From positions 682,001 to 746,000 of the forward strand of contig CDRNST010000339.1 of assembly GCA_977016875.1 (NCBI GenBank): a DNA stretch of 64,000 bases, in the 5' to 3' direction. The stretch comes from Pavona decussata (Eukaryota). Below are positions 36,889 through 51,008 of the stretch, in pieces (position 1 is the stretch's first letter; each line of letters starts with the position of its first letter). A program made the position numbers and the translations under genes. Under the pieces are notes generated by a model. The model was given only the letters and a program-made list of their open reading frames with translations. It was not told the DNA's origin and did not search any database.

Positions 36889-37097
36889 CAAGTCCCTACC
36901 TTGAGTTTTGGGAAAATCGTTAAGAAACTTAGTATGGTTGGTCTCTCTTTCAAGAAAATTGCTTGATGTTTTCCACTTGAAAAACATCGAGAATTTTTTC
37001 AAGTCCTTCCCTTGTGTTGTTGGAAAAATCAGTAAAACCTGATTGTGGTTTGGTCTCTCTTTAAGACTGAAAACTACTTGAAATCTCCTTCTTGATG
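36889..37097 (+). repeat. Local tandem duplication, period ~111 bp
   Basis: caagtcc..ccttg..gaaaatc..ttggtctctcttt at 36889 and 37000. Confidence 0.7.
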
Positions 37098-37418
37098 TGG
37101 TAGGAGTATTTGATGATCAATACATGGTACGAAAGAAAATTCGTATGGTTTATTAAATAATAAAAGGGTTTAAAATGGCCGGGACAGCCAGGCTGTAAGA
37201 TGCGGCGATAAATAGTACAGATATGTTAAAATTGCGGCTGCAATATTAATAAAGCGGCATTATATTGTAAAGTTACTGAAGAAATTTTCCAGACGTTAAG
37301 ATCATCTGTTCTCAAAGTCACGTTTAATTTAAGATAAAACTTAGTCTGAACGAAAAAGTGAATCCCAGTTTCGATTTGAAATAGTCAAAGATCTGGGACA
37401 ATGTAAACCAAAATGTGC

Positions 37419-37690
37419 ATGTGTTCCTTTCCGTTTTCTAAAACTTGCCGTTAGTAAAACAAGTCTTATTTTATTTACAATTTTTTTTTAATAACAGCAA
37501 ATATGTAGGAAAACCAAAAAAGCGGAAAACAAGTGTAATTAATTTTATTGCTAGTAAACCAACCTTGAATGTGTTCCTTTCCTTTTCTAAAAGTTGCCGT
37601 AAATACAACAATCTAATTTTTTGTTTATAATTTTTTTTAATAACAGCAAATACGTTAGAAAACAGCAAACAAGTGTGATTAATTTTATAG
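37419..37690 (+). repeat. Local tandem duplication, period 150 bp
   Basis: atgtgttcctttcc..ttttctaaaa.ttgccgt...ttttttttaataacagcaaata...aaacaagtgt.attaattttat at 37419 and 37569. Confidence 0.85.
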
Positions 37691-38789
37691 GTATTTTTTA
37701 ATAACAACAAACAAGCGAGTTTAATAAACTTTCTTGTAAGTGTTTTTTCTAATTTGAGAGTTTAGAGGCAATAAACATTTCTTATCTTAGCAACACAAAA
37801 GACTGATATTTTATTAGTTTTCCTTCGCAAAATCACAAAGAAAAAGCGGAAAATGAAAAAGGAAGAACTTAGCGACAAGAAGACGCCAGTTCGACCACAG
37901 CCAAGTAAAATCTCACCATTGTTGTCTGCTATATTAAAAAATATACCTTCTCTATATATTAAAACATAATCAACGCCTGAGACGGCGAAACGTTCTTACG
38001 GGATACAATTATAAAATCAGACGAAATTGAAGCTGAACCGCATGGGTGTAAATCTGCATGAATTAAACAAACATTGAAGACATTTTTCTTCAAATAAGCT
38101 GAAAAATACTGTACTCGTTTTCATCATAAATTAAAAAATTACATTTCTTCGACAGCGAGAAAACACTTGATTTTAGATTGCGCTTATAGTGCTAGATAAC
38201 GTCGTTGTGCAAATGTGGTTGGCGGGGGGTAGGGAGGGGTGAGTGTGAACTCTTGTTTGTAACTGAGTTCTATTTATTTTTTCCTCTAAACATTTCCATC
38301 ATTACAAAACGCGCGCATTTTTGCGTGAAGCTAGAGTTGGTGTTGACGAGATTCATCTTTTCTTTCCAAGAGTGACAAAAATCGAAAGAAAAACAAAAAT
38401 CCTACGAGAACAAAGTGACAGTTATGAAATACAATCTACGATATGATAGTATCTTTTCGGGTTGCTTCCAGTGAATCTTAAGACGTGTTAGGATTTTATA
38501 TCCACAGATTCAGAATTTAAAACCACATTACCTTCTTAAAAAGGACGGTTTCTTTCCCCTGGGAATGAAATTATTAAAAGAATCAATTGTCTCTGTTGGT
38601 CTTATGCAACATGAAACATTGTCGTGCTTAATAGGAGCAAAACACAGCCCTAGGTTACAAAACTATCTTGCGATGCCTACAAAAGAAGGACTGTAAGAAA
38701 AGAACTCGAGTGGAAGTAGTTTTTCATTTCAGAGACAAATATAATGTTATGTTCCAAGCTTGGTAAATAAATGATAGTTGTATTATTCA

Positions 38790-38992
38790 ATCGGTGACAC
38801 AGGCATACTCGGAAAAAGAAAATCATGATCCGAGTTCTTCCAGCAGGAGTCGAACCTAGCACCTTCCGATTACTAGTAAGGAAACCCTACCACAGAGGGA
38901 GTCCTGTTGCTCAATGGTAGAGCATCCGAACTAGTAATCGGAAGGTTATAGGTTCAAATCCAGTTGGGAGAACCCTGATTTCTTTTTTCCGA
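38790..38992. mobile_element. Head-to-head pair of tRNA-Thr(AGT)-like SINE heads
   Basis: Plus copy 38902-38970 has D-arm gctc-aatggta-gagc, loop CTAGTAA, B-box GGTTCAAATCC and a T-run. The minus copy at ~38809-38895 has GGTTCGACTCC and a T-run. The stems are imperfect, so this is not a functional tRNA. Confidence 0.75.
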
Positions 38993-41900
38993 ATATATTT
39001 AGATTTTCATCGTATATCAATGGATTTATTTAACAATGTATTAATTTGATCCATTGCCACAATATACTGATACACCAGACCGCTACGGTTTTTGTTCGCC
39101 TTGCACCCCTTACACTTTCAAAGTTCAACAGTTACGCACGCAGATTTATGCAGTAGAAAAATATAGAATTTTTTTTATTTAAGATTTGTACGATATTCGG
39201 CACTTTTGAAGTTACAGGAAAATAACACATATCATCTAAACGCTTATATTGCCGCGAAAAAACATGATACCCTAGGCTTGTTTTAATGTTTCATAACATT
39301 TTTTTGTGGAGGCGTTGGAGTAACAATGGAAAAGTGAAGCAAGCCTGTCCAACTGCTGATAAGATCGATGAATTTTTCATTCTCCATAATTGAAATAACG
39401 TCTCAAGTTTTGCTAGTTTTTAAATAGCACAAACATTAAATTTAAAGTAGAAGTAGCAAATGCACTTTGTCGTCAAATTTACTGTATCGAGATCAAAACA
39501 ATCACAGATTAAAAAGTACTTAGAATGATGAAACAAAGACACCTCCCGAAACGGATTTTATGATCTTCAGCTAGTAGTATTTCATTTTATCATAACAGAT
39601 GTAGTGTTCACTGAGAAAACCTTCCATAAGCCACGAGTCTATAACTCCTAGAATTTTTTATCTTTTAGTGCTGTGAAGGTCTTTTTATGACTTCCCAGTT
39701 TCCCCTTTGTGTTTTGAACATTAATTTTTACTCGTACGACAATGGAGCTTAACGCCCTTTTCGACTTTCCAAATCGACTCGTGCTTCGAGTTCGTACTGT
39801 TGTAGGGAAGTTGCTTGAAGTGACTTGTAACTTTTTTTCAACTTGTGATAATGTCTTTTTTCTATGTTTTTTGATCATTATAAGGTTGAGTAGGAAATAC
39901 AATTTACAGTATACTAAAATTACAGTTAGCATGTAACACGGAAAAAACTAATACAGACTAAAAAGCTGTACATAACTTATGAGCATGATAAAACTGAGAG
40001 CCGCAACTGGTCTTTCGAATTCTAGTGTGAGATTGGCTTGCACCATTTACTATAATGAAATAGGAGAGTGTATCGTTCTTTCGGTTTAATCATTATAAGT
40101 TCAAAACTGCTTTCAGAATGTTTGAAAACAACAAAAACAGAATCAAAAAAAATCCCTACGTCTACTGCGAGACGATAAATCAATAAATAGCAGATTGGAT
40201 TAATATGGCTACAGGCAAAGGCGCATAGCTCAGGCGGCGCTATTGGCTGAATATGAAATTGCAAGAAAAGACCTTGATACGTAGACGTGTTGTTTGCAAT
40301 GGAGGATAAGATTGCTTTTAACTGAAAGATATTTTCAACAAGCTTTCCAATCCCTACAGCAAAAGACTCTCTTTCGGTTGCTTTTTATCCTCCCGATAAA
40401 TGAAATAGCACAAAAATTAGCTGCTGATATCCACCAGTCTTGATGTACCACGATCTTTCCGCAACAAGAAACGTGTTCAAATTATTAAGGATAATTCAGA
40501 GTCTGAGTTTTCGAGCTCTAATTAGAATGACAAAAGTGTTACAACCAATTTTAGTCCGTCTGTTCAGTTGCTTAATTTAATATTGGACTCAAAATAACAA
40601 AAACCGGTGTCCATACAAACATTCGACTCAAATTATTGTCGGAAAACGTGCGTGGCCGAAATAAATGGATTTTATTTGCGAAAGAGTGTTGACTCAATTG
40701 CGGACAACCTCAATAGGGTTTCACCAATGTTTCAAGTGTCACGTACTTTTCGTAGTTTTATATATCACACCTTGTGAACACCGTGCGTGAAAACGGTCCA
40801 ATATCTCAAAAAGAAAAAAAACCAAAGCATGAAAGTACAAAGAAGAGTACTTTTTAAAGAAGATGCCAGCAGCATTCGAAACGAAATCAAGAAAAAAAAT
40901 GAAAGGCGTGTTCACAGTAAACTTGCAGTACATTGGTCGCTACGCTGATAGTTGTTTCGAGATTTTAAAGATTCAGATTTGAGCACGCAATGGAAACTCT
41001 ACAACGAACATGGTAATCGAATAGGGTACAAAAATCTACCAATAATCTAAAAGGCATTTGCTAGAAAATATTGTTGGGCAACCGCAATTCGAAAAACTTC
41101 AAAAGAAAAGTGAACTGATGATATTCCAGAAAATTAAATACTGTAGGCATCTTCTTGTCGTACTGGTCTCCCAGTATGTTTTAACTGGGAACAAACCGCA
41201 CGTATGAAAAGCGACAACTTTTCGATAACGAAGCATAAATTACAAACGTGGATTTATTGCTGATTCGCAATGACCGCCGGCTACTTTCCCTGTTTCCCTT
41301 TATATCAGTAATTTACCCTGGATAATCCAACCTTTGTGTTGACAAGAATAGTGTTTTCTCCAAACGGTTTAGTTCTTGAAATTCATTTATAGTTTTTTCG
41401 GATTGTTCGCTTCCGAAACATGCACTGATAGTTAATAAAAATGAAACGAACACGAAAAAGATTGAACTTTGCACTACGCCTACGAAGTTCCTTCGTCTCA
41501 GGAAAGCCACGCTCACTACACATGTTACTACCCTTTTCTTGTATTTTCTAATTAATGTAATTTCCTGAGATCCTCACAACAAATATCGTGTCAAATAACG
41601 GCAGGATACGAAGGGCTGGGATTATTAAAAGCGGCCATTATCAGTCTCACACTCTTGCCACCGAATTCATTGTTAACGGATAAAGAAAGCTAAAATCTCG
41701 CCTCCAGCTAAACGCCATGGCCGTATGCTTTTCTTCCAGACAAGAATAGCTGCACGTTTTAGTATTAACATCCGTTGCGGACATTTTTCCTATTTTGGAC
41801 AGAAAGCGAATTTTTAAAACCCACAACCAAAAGAAAAATAAACTTAAAGAGAGTAATTTCGAAAGGAATAAAGTTATTTTATTATGGAAGGGTTAAACGA

Positions 41901-44900
41901 GATTAAAATGATAATAAAGTAACGCGGTTATAAAGCAGGAGGTATTAAATATTCATCAGCCAGAAATCTTACAGTACATTAACACCGTCTTCCAAAAAGC
42001 CACAAATTGCAGGAGATATTAGAGGCTTATGTTTCTGCGCTATTTAGACTTTTCGAAGATACATACATACGTACATAGATGCGATTAAGATGCTGAGAAG
42101 TTCACGTTGATAATAATGTTGTCAATATTGTTTTTGGCTTCGCATTTGACCTTAGCCTGACATTTTTACTTTTGGTGGTCACGTAACTGTAAAAATTGAA
42201 AGAAAACATAAAAATCTTACCCGTCTTCACATGGTTTTGCAAGTTTTCAATAAAAGTAATAGTAGCCGGCGACGAAAATAAGATAAACTGAATTCGTGGA
42301 AAGAGGAGAGGGGGTAAGAGATAAAACAAGTGATAAAAGCAATTTCCAAAAGGGCGTGGCCAGCTTTGACAAGAAATCCTTTGATCCTTGTAGGTGATAT
42401 CAATGATGACTAGAAATAAATCTTCATTTTGTTTCGCACTGAGATGATTTTCAGTTGTACAACGAGCAATACAAAGCCACAGGAGATGGAAATCTGCTTT
42501 GAAAATATGCAGGTTTTAAAAAGATTTGTGAACAGCAAGGCAGAGATAATTTATCTTCCTCCTCCTTTCGATTATAATCGGACAACGACCCTTAAAGCTT
42601 AGGCGGAAAAAGGAAGGGCAGTTCTCATTTCTATCAAGTGGATTAATCGAACTTATAACGACTATCTGCGTTGCTACATTTTAATTTAAAGAAAACAAAT
42701 TTAAAAAAATTAACGAAACAAAATTTCAACAAGCGGTGAGTCGATGTGGAATTACATTCATTTTGAAAAACCAACCGCGAAAATGTCTGTAATGGGCTGA
42801 CTAAACAAAGAGTAACCAAACACACTTTTAAAATCTCTACCTACTTAACGATGTTGTAAGTTCATTCGGGTGAAATAATTTAACACTAACGACTATTTTT
42901 GTTGGAAGCCTTGGTTGTCGGCCTGAGAAGAACCTCCTTTGAGTCGCCGAAATTCCAAACAACAAGCAAACTGATTTCGAGTACTACACGACTCCCCAGC
43001 CTCGAAAATACCAGATTTCTGGCATGGTATGTGTACGGCGAGCTTGACAGAAGAAGTGCTCGGAGCTTGGTTCAACAATTTTGTTTAGTTAGAAATGATA
43101 ACAGGCATCAAACAATTCTCTAAATAAGAGCTTGCCAGACATTCATCGTCGAAGCTTGTGCAAGCCAAGAAGACAAGCACGAATCGAAAACAAAACAAAA
43201 TAAAGTTACGCATGCAAACTCTACAAAACGTGGACTCTGTTTAGCTTTTCTCCTGAAACAAGTCTGTATGAATTACGACTACAGGCAAACCGCTGCGCTA
43301 CGCTTACGAAGAACTGCAAACCAAAGAATTATTCAGGACAAGGAAAGTCTTAATTGTTTGGACGTTTAGCAGGCGTCAGTACAAAAACGTTTCCGAGTTT
43401 CAAACATGGGAAATCACCCAAGACCGATATAAACACTACAAGTTAATTTTGCGAAGCAGACGGCCCCTGATTTTTCGATACCTTTAACAAAGGCAACGTC
43501 GAGGAAATAAACTTTGAACAAATGTTCGATAAAGAAAAGGTCAACGCGTTTTCTCACCTTTCGATGTGATGGCTTCCATTGATGTATAACCCCTCATGTA
43601 ATGCGGTAAATTCCAAGTTAGGAGCGTCTAAAGTAGATGTCTTGGTGTTTTAACCAAAGGCTTCCTGCTGTGATGACTAAGAAAGAAGAAAGAGAAATGT
43701 TATTTATTAAAATTTCAAACAACTTAAAATTTATACAGCGTGTTTTAAGTGACATTTGCTGACCTAAATCGGGCTAAGATGCAAAAAGCGATGTTGATCC
43801 TGTCGTGGCGCTTTCCCAGATAATTATAAAAAAAGATATTAAATTGACAGACAAGAAAATGAAAATGAGGTTTAGTGTAGTTTTTGATACGATTAAAAAC
43901 GGGATTTGCTATGTCTCTGGAAAAAGCGGGTCGTCTTTTTCCCAGAGCACTGTCACTTTGCGATCGAAAAGACTGCGAGGAATTGAACTCCACAAACCAG
44001 TTATCCCCGACGGTACACTCGCAGAGCTGCCAAACTAAAATCAAGTGAACTAATCAGGTTCAGTTTGTTGTTACAACGCCTAGGAAATTACGGCCACAAA
44101 GTCTGATTCCCAAGTTATGCATTAGCAACTTATTGTTATGAAACAATTTAATGTGGACGTCATAAATATGATTTGAGTTTTTTTCTTTTTTCTTATTTTT
44201 TTCTTATTTTATCAATATCTGCCTTTAGGCACGCAGATGTCAACGAGAAAAAAACAAAAACATCTGTCGTACATAAAGGATTTCTGTTGTTCACTCGGGA
44301 AGACAGCGAACGATAACTGTGTGTGACTTTGGTACAGGAGGGAAACCTCTAAAATTTACCGAGTTGGTAAAGAGAGATATATAAATGGTAAATAAGCGCG
44401 TTATTTCACGAGCGTAAAAAAACCCCGGGAAACAGACCTAACAGAAGCCAAAAACATACGAAGAAACTGCAGAAATAAATCATGTGTTCGTCTGCGGTGA
44501 TTTTTTAAAAAGGTAGTTCCCTATTTCAGCGCATAAAAAAGAAACCCAAGACAATACAATTCAGTGACAGAGAAAATTAAATATCGCTTTGTTTTTGGAC
44601 TCTGTAAAAACAACAAAATCACAATTGCGTTGGGCCAAATGAAATAAATTGCATATTAACACGAGGGTGACAAATGGTAGTGAGATTAACGTCGTCGGGA
44701 GGGATTTGCGAAATCCGTGCGAGGAAAACTGTTATTTCTGCATGCGAAGCTCATTGGCTAAACTCAAGTGAATGTTCGTTCAGTGACGATGAAATTCGCG
44801 ATTTCATAACACTAACTTGATAATGGTTCGTATATATTTTTTGATAATCTTCAGTCGCATTTGCTTAATAATAGCTCTTTATCCCTTAATCTATTTGCAT

Positions 44901-47900
44901 TTGATGAGTTTTGCTTCTTTTTTGGTCGATATATTCACTTGTTCCACGAACTGCGATTGGAGTGGTTAAAAGCAGAGGAAAAAAAGCCTTAATGTTGTAA
45001 ACGATTCAATGACCAAAATAACAAGAACCCACAAGAGTACAAATTAATTTTCAATTTCAATAATGAAAGGTCTCTATTTTCTGTCACTGTATGTCGTTAC
45101 TCTATGACCAATATCAGTTGCTTTGACAACTGGTTTTCAATTTTCAAGAGATAGCGAACACGCGCGTCGATCGAAAAAGCTTCGTTTTCCATCTCTCTAG
45201 CGCCGAGAAACAAAACGACATTCTCGCTGAAAAGGTTAATTATCGGCAAAAACGAGCACAAAGATGACCATCCAATTTCTACGGTTCTCTAAACACGCGC
45301 TAATCCAACGCCAAGCGAAAGAACCTGTGTTTTCAGTTATTAAAACAATTGAAAAGTAAACTTTTTAACGAGAAGGCTGTCTTTGACATGCTTTATCTAA
45401 AAGGGCGCTACTGTAGCCTCAGATCCTGCCAGGCCAAGTGTACATTCGCACTCTGCACTTAATAATATTTTGTTTGCGTCTCATTTAATTTATAAACACG
45501 ACAGCCTTTCACCAAACAAATGCAAATTAGCGATAGGTGTCTACTCACAAAAGAAATTCACCTCTCAGACACAGCTGACAAATGCTGTTCACAGTTATTT
45601 CGAGTAGGTAAACATAAATATACGAGCATTTGACCACGTTACTTGCAACTTTACAGCGCTCTTGCACGCTTACCTCGAGACCCTGCGGAGATATTTTGTC
45701 TTCCCTCCAAGGCGCAACTTGTAGTTTAGAAGCAAAGGCGGAACGCAGACATCTCTCTCGCGTTAAATATTAAAGTGCCTGTAAAATATTAACTTTTCTA
45801 GCGTGGTAGATTCAAATCCCCTGACAGGTTAATTTTTTTTTACTACAGGGGGAACTGCGCGATCAAAACCCAAAGCTCAGTTTTGTTGACGAAATCTCGC
45901 TTTGACCGAGAAATTGTCATTTGACTCGTTCGCCGTTTCATGAAACGGAAGAAAATTTCCTCTCGTGGCGAAAGCGTGCCTGATTCGCCACCAGTTTTTC
46001 GCTCCGCCTACTAGTAGCGATTCCTTGGCTTCAAAAAAAGCGCGGTAGAACTTTGAAAGCTAGTTCACTTGAAAAGCACCTGTTTTACACAGCTAAACAA
46101 AGCGGTCAAATTTCACCTCCAACGAAATCTTGCATACACTCACCGAACAAACCCATTATGCACTGAAACTATCTGGCACTGACTTTGTTACTGAGGGTTA
46201 TCGGAGAAAAGTCCCTTTAATATACGACTGGACTGAAAAGGAACAACCAATTTGAGCCCTGCCTGAGGGCAAACTCTCCTCTCCTGCCACTCATTTTACA
46301 CTTGAAAGACGGAGAGACGAAACCGGTTTTGCATTTTGATGAAGGAATAATATTACCAAAAGTTTACCACGCTTGTACGTGAAATGAGCGGCGCGGCCAG
46401 CTCTCGCAGCTTTTAAAATCGCCGGTTTTCACCGAAGTAGATACCGACCGTGTTTAGTTCCTGCCAAAGCTCTGTTTTACTCAGTTGAGCTCTGAGCACA
46501 CACGCTAGCAAAGACAATGTTTACCCGAGAATTTAATAAATAAACACTGCATGGGGTTGGGGACTTCAACGGTGCCAAGGAATAAAACCATGCTAAACTA
46601 ACAGACCGGAAGATCTCGGGCCGATTTAGCGCTTTTTAGCAATTCTTTGTAGCGAATAGGGAAAAAGGTCTGCGTAAAAAAAGAACCGGAGCGAAAAATG
46701 TTGCTTCAATGAACAGGTTGCATCAGTGACAAAAAAGGAAGTGTGTTATTCAATAGAGAAATGTTAAATTACGAATAAAAAATCACCGTGCGACCACAAA
46801 AGAAAATTGTCTGAAAGGGAAATATTATTTTGTCAGTTTAAATGCGTTGTCGTTAACAGTTTCATAAAGAAATCACTTTCTGAGCCACACTTAGACACTC
46901 AATAACCTTGAAATCAATATTTTACCTTAAAGGACTGACCGAAATTGAATGCATAATTCATGTCGTCTAAAAGCAAAGGGAATCGTTTCCCTTTATCTTC
47001 TCAAGAAGGAAACGTTCTTTGTTTTACCAGAAGTTGGTTTTAGTCCTGCAACGATGAGAAAAGTGACTAAGCCTTGCGTAAAGGAAACTGAGAAAGACTT
47101 CATTTAAGAAATTACCAGACTGAGCGTTGGAGCGACTTGAATGCGATTTTATTTTGTGTTCTCGTAATAACTTACGAGGCCATCTGCCTTGTAGAGTGAT
47201 AGTGTTTCTTTAGGGCTGGTGAAAGCAACATTTAATACCGCAACTAGAGGCGCCAAATCATCTTGTATTACGGCTACCGATTTCAAACGTAGCTGGAAGT
47301 TCTTTGAACGCACCTCCAAAGTTATTGGTCAGAAAAAAAATAATCAGAACGAATTCTTTACACCACCGTCTGAGGACTGAAAAGATAGATTCAAATAGAA
47401 CTCCACAAACGCTGACAAGATAAGTTGTACGAATAGATGAAAATAACGTATGAGATATGATGTAAATGCCCAAGTTAAGTAATGGTTTAACAATCGTAAT
47501 AAAGTTCCATATAGAGTAAAATATACCAGTGAGAAGTTTCAAAAGTTGAATTCAACAGGAAAAAAAGTCCGTGCGTTTCTACGGTGGAAGGTGTTAATGT
47601 GAAATTGACTTCCCTTTCATGTAATTCACTATAAAGTGTGAAGCGTGCAACTGTGTGAAATTGCTCTTTAAATGTGATAGCAAAGATCTCGATATTTTGG
47701 CTTTAAACTGGTAAGCACAAAACCGTAAATAGAAGATGTTTATTTCAAAGCGGAGTATAACTTTGCCTGGAGCACTTAAATCAATAGAAACCCGATTCGC
47801 AATTGTTCGCATTGTGCGTTTATTTTGTCTTTCTTACTTTTTTTTTTTTTTTTTGCGCCGATATCGCTGGGAAATGTTCTCATTTTCTTTAACACGCCTC

Positions 47901-48597
47901 GAGCGAACTTGACTCTTTTCTAATACAAGGAATCGAATGTGACAGGTTGGCAATAATCAGTCAGTCAAAATACGACACAACTTCGGATTATCTGTGATTC
48001 CGTTTATAATCACGGCCACGATGGACGTAATTCTAAATACCTGTAATCGTAACTTAAACTAGTTAAGAATTATCCCTTCTCTCGTTTAATTCTAAGAACA
48101 GGTAGTAACACGCAAGGATCTATTTATAACTGAAACTGACAGTTCACAACAAAGACTGACAAATAAATACCAACTGCTACAATTATGCAAAACGTTGAAT
48201 TTGAAGAAACCGGATATATGTACTGAAAAAGGCATGACTGCTGGAATCACCGTGACATGAGATTCAGTCCTAACAAACGAAATTTCGAGAGAACTTGACA
48301 AATGCTTGCATGTGCCCGAATGTTCCCAATCTGGCACCAAAAAAATGTTTCTATAGGATAAAGCGTATCTTGGTACGTATTTCATTATACCTACGTTAAA
48401 AAAACTGAAGCTATAGAAGCAAATACTGTGACCCACCCAAACAGAAATAGCTACTCAGTGATAAGTTGTGTTCCAAGCTATATAGTGATATGATACTGTT
48501 TTCCTTCAAGATTGACAATGGTACAACGCGGATAAACTTTCAAGTCCTTTGCGTTGGAAAGCCGAAACTATAACAATTCAAATGAACGTTCCCAAGC

Positions 48598-48732
48598 AGT
48601 CCACGGTTGTTCAAAGATCGTTTTACTTTATCCATGGGATATATTACTACGCAACGGATAAAATGTGTTGGTTGGGGTTACAACTTCTCCACTCAATAAA
48701 TTAAAGTTATCCAGTCTTTGAACTACAGGGTC
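48598..48732. mobile_element. Decayed Harbinger-like MITE
   Basis: ggttgttcaaag...tatcca...tatccagtctttgaactacaggg degenerate inverted ends. Confidence 0.5.
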
Positions 48733-48769
48733 AATACTTTACCGTATTACGTAACGTGGTCCACAAAAT

Positions 48770-49030
48770 GATTCTAGCTTTGTAATCTGGAAGAATCCCT
48801 TAACTGTAGCCATACAAATGAAAGAAATGAAATACTGAGCGGTATTTTCCTGTGATGCTGTAAAAAGTAGACTGGCATTTGTTGATGAAATCCGAACGCG
48901 TGACCATGCAAGCTAAAGCTACCGAGCAGTATTTTCTTGGGGTGTTGATATTTATGTTGTACAATGTGGTTCTAATTTTTTATTGCGTGGATGTACTCAT
49001 ATACGTATAGCTACTCAAAATGAAGTTACG
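48770..49030 (-). repeat. ~106-bp tandem repeat cluster, inverted orientation
   Basis: aaagctaccgagcagtattttc...ttatgttgtacaatgtggttctaa. Confidence 0.8.
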
Positions 49031-50609
49031 GAAAAGAACCTAGCCGTATTTCAACGTGGTCGCCTTTATAAATGATGCTGATAAACCCCTGAAGCAAGAG
49101 GAAATACTCAGTTTAATAGTTGTGTCCGGCTAGGCTCGCAGGAATCGCCTTAACCTGATGGTAATATAAACACTGTATATTGAAAAACAAACAACTCATC
49201 ACATGGAACATTTCAAACGACCACGGTCACCCGACAAAGCCATTATGGAAGGTCACCGCCACCCACCAGTAATGTTATCATAAAAATGCAATTTTAAAAT
49301 CGAACGATTGAAAAAAATAAAAATGTTGTGATCATTAGAGAGGGACACCCATGCAAATCAAACCAAAATACTTACATTTTCTCTCCTGTATTCTCAGTTG
49401 GTTTTGTGCCATTTAAAAGACATGTTTGTGTATGCTTAAACAGTTTGATATATTCGCACGCTTTAGCCGAAATTTAAGCTGGAGAAAATTTTAGGAGACG
49501 CGATTTTATATCTCCTGAATAGCTGAATAGCTGTTGTTGGCTGAACGAAAATGCTAGCTGACCTTTTCTAAAATTTTAACGACATATTTTCCCTTCGAAA
49601 ACGAAAGGAATTAGTTTTCCAGGGTAACAAAATGCTGAGCTGAAATTTTGCGCAAGAAAGCTTTAGATTTTCTTTAAAACTTAATGCGAATTTCTTAGGT
49701 GATTAAGGCTTTCCGACAACAGACTTCCAACCGACATGAACCTGACAAGCGTTTTTAGTCGAGAGTAGACCTAACGCCTACATAAATTTAAAATGAAATC
49801 TGTCGCAAAGGAAAAGCCACCTTTTCACGGAATTCAGCGTCTGAATTTCTTGTAGTAAAATAAACAGATTTAACTGGGCAAAATTCGAAAATAAAACTAC
49901 CGACATGCAAGACTTCTTTCGAACAGCACATATAAGCCAAAATCACCTGCACAACATTCGGTAAGAGAACTGATCAAACTCAGTCATACAGCCATTAAAG
50001 TTGATGAAAACCGTCGGTCGAAAATTTTCAGCTACTTCGTATAAAATCTCTGTCACATTATTTTCAGCGTCTTTTTACCAACTGAGTCAATTCCAACAGT
50101 AATTCTGGAGTCCCGGCGGCCGTGGTTAAATCGCAAAGCCGGTATTACCGTTGAAACGAAAGAGCTACCGACAAGATCTTAAACATTGACTTCGCAAGTC
50201 TTCTTCTTTGTCGTCATGAGTTCCATCTTAAAACCTATCAGAGCTTAGTTTAAAGGTAAGCTTTAAATAAGTTTCCGTCCATTTCGAGTTAACCATACAA
50301 TGGCTTCAAACAATCTTTTGCTTGATATCTTGGCGGGTTGGTATTTACAGCGATAGGTTGTTGAAAGTCGCGAAACATAACTAGAAGTCGTCTGTGTAAA
50401 CCACACTATTCAACACTACCTCTCTAACAAAATTCGATAGCCGACAATTCTCGAGGACAAAAGAGCGCTGTGAATATCAGTAAATATACAATTACTGATG
50501 CCTGTATGAATCACCCCTGGGGAAAATAATAAAAATTCAGTTGGTAAAATCACTGAAGAACGAACAAGGCCACCTTTGACTGATTTGAAAGGCCACACTT
50601 CGAATTTTT

Positions 50610-51008
50610 TTTCCACTCACTCAGAAGTTGGAACCACGTTGTACATCATGAAGAACAACAACGTAAGAATGTAGACGTACTGCTCAATAACTTTTATTTG
50701 AGTCAGCTTAGATGCGAGGAATTTATCCGGACACAAAATTAAGTTAACACGACCTTGTGCAGTACAATGAACAGCATCACAGGAAAGTACTGATCAGAAG
50801 CTTTCACTTGAATGGTCACACTTTAGGATTTATTCCAATGTCTTAAATGTCAGATCCACCTTGTACAGCGTTATAAGCAACAGAGAAAAACTATGTTTTA
50901 TAGTTTTCATTTGAATTGCCTTTTTTAGGATGTTTTACAACCAAAGGATCGAAAGTTGGAACCACTTTAAGTGATTCAAGGTTCGCCTTCCGGGTGTGAA
51001 AGACTGAA
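50610..51008 (+). repeat. ~106-bp tandem repeat cluster
   Basis: acagcatcacaggaaagtactgatcagaagctttcacttgaatggtcacactttaggattt. Confidence 0.85.

Noticed and set aside
38902-38970. Functional tRNA-Thr(AGT) gene
   Set aside because: Anticodon stem is out of register by one base, T and acceptor stems are mismatched, and it is paired with an inverted degenerate copy
42899-43123. Possible coding exon with a GTATGT donor near 43027
   Set aside because: No recognisable similarity (including to Scaper as I recall it) and no clear acceptor
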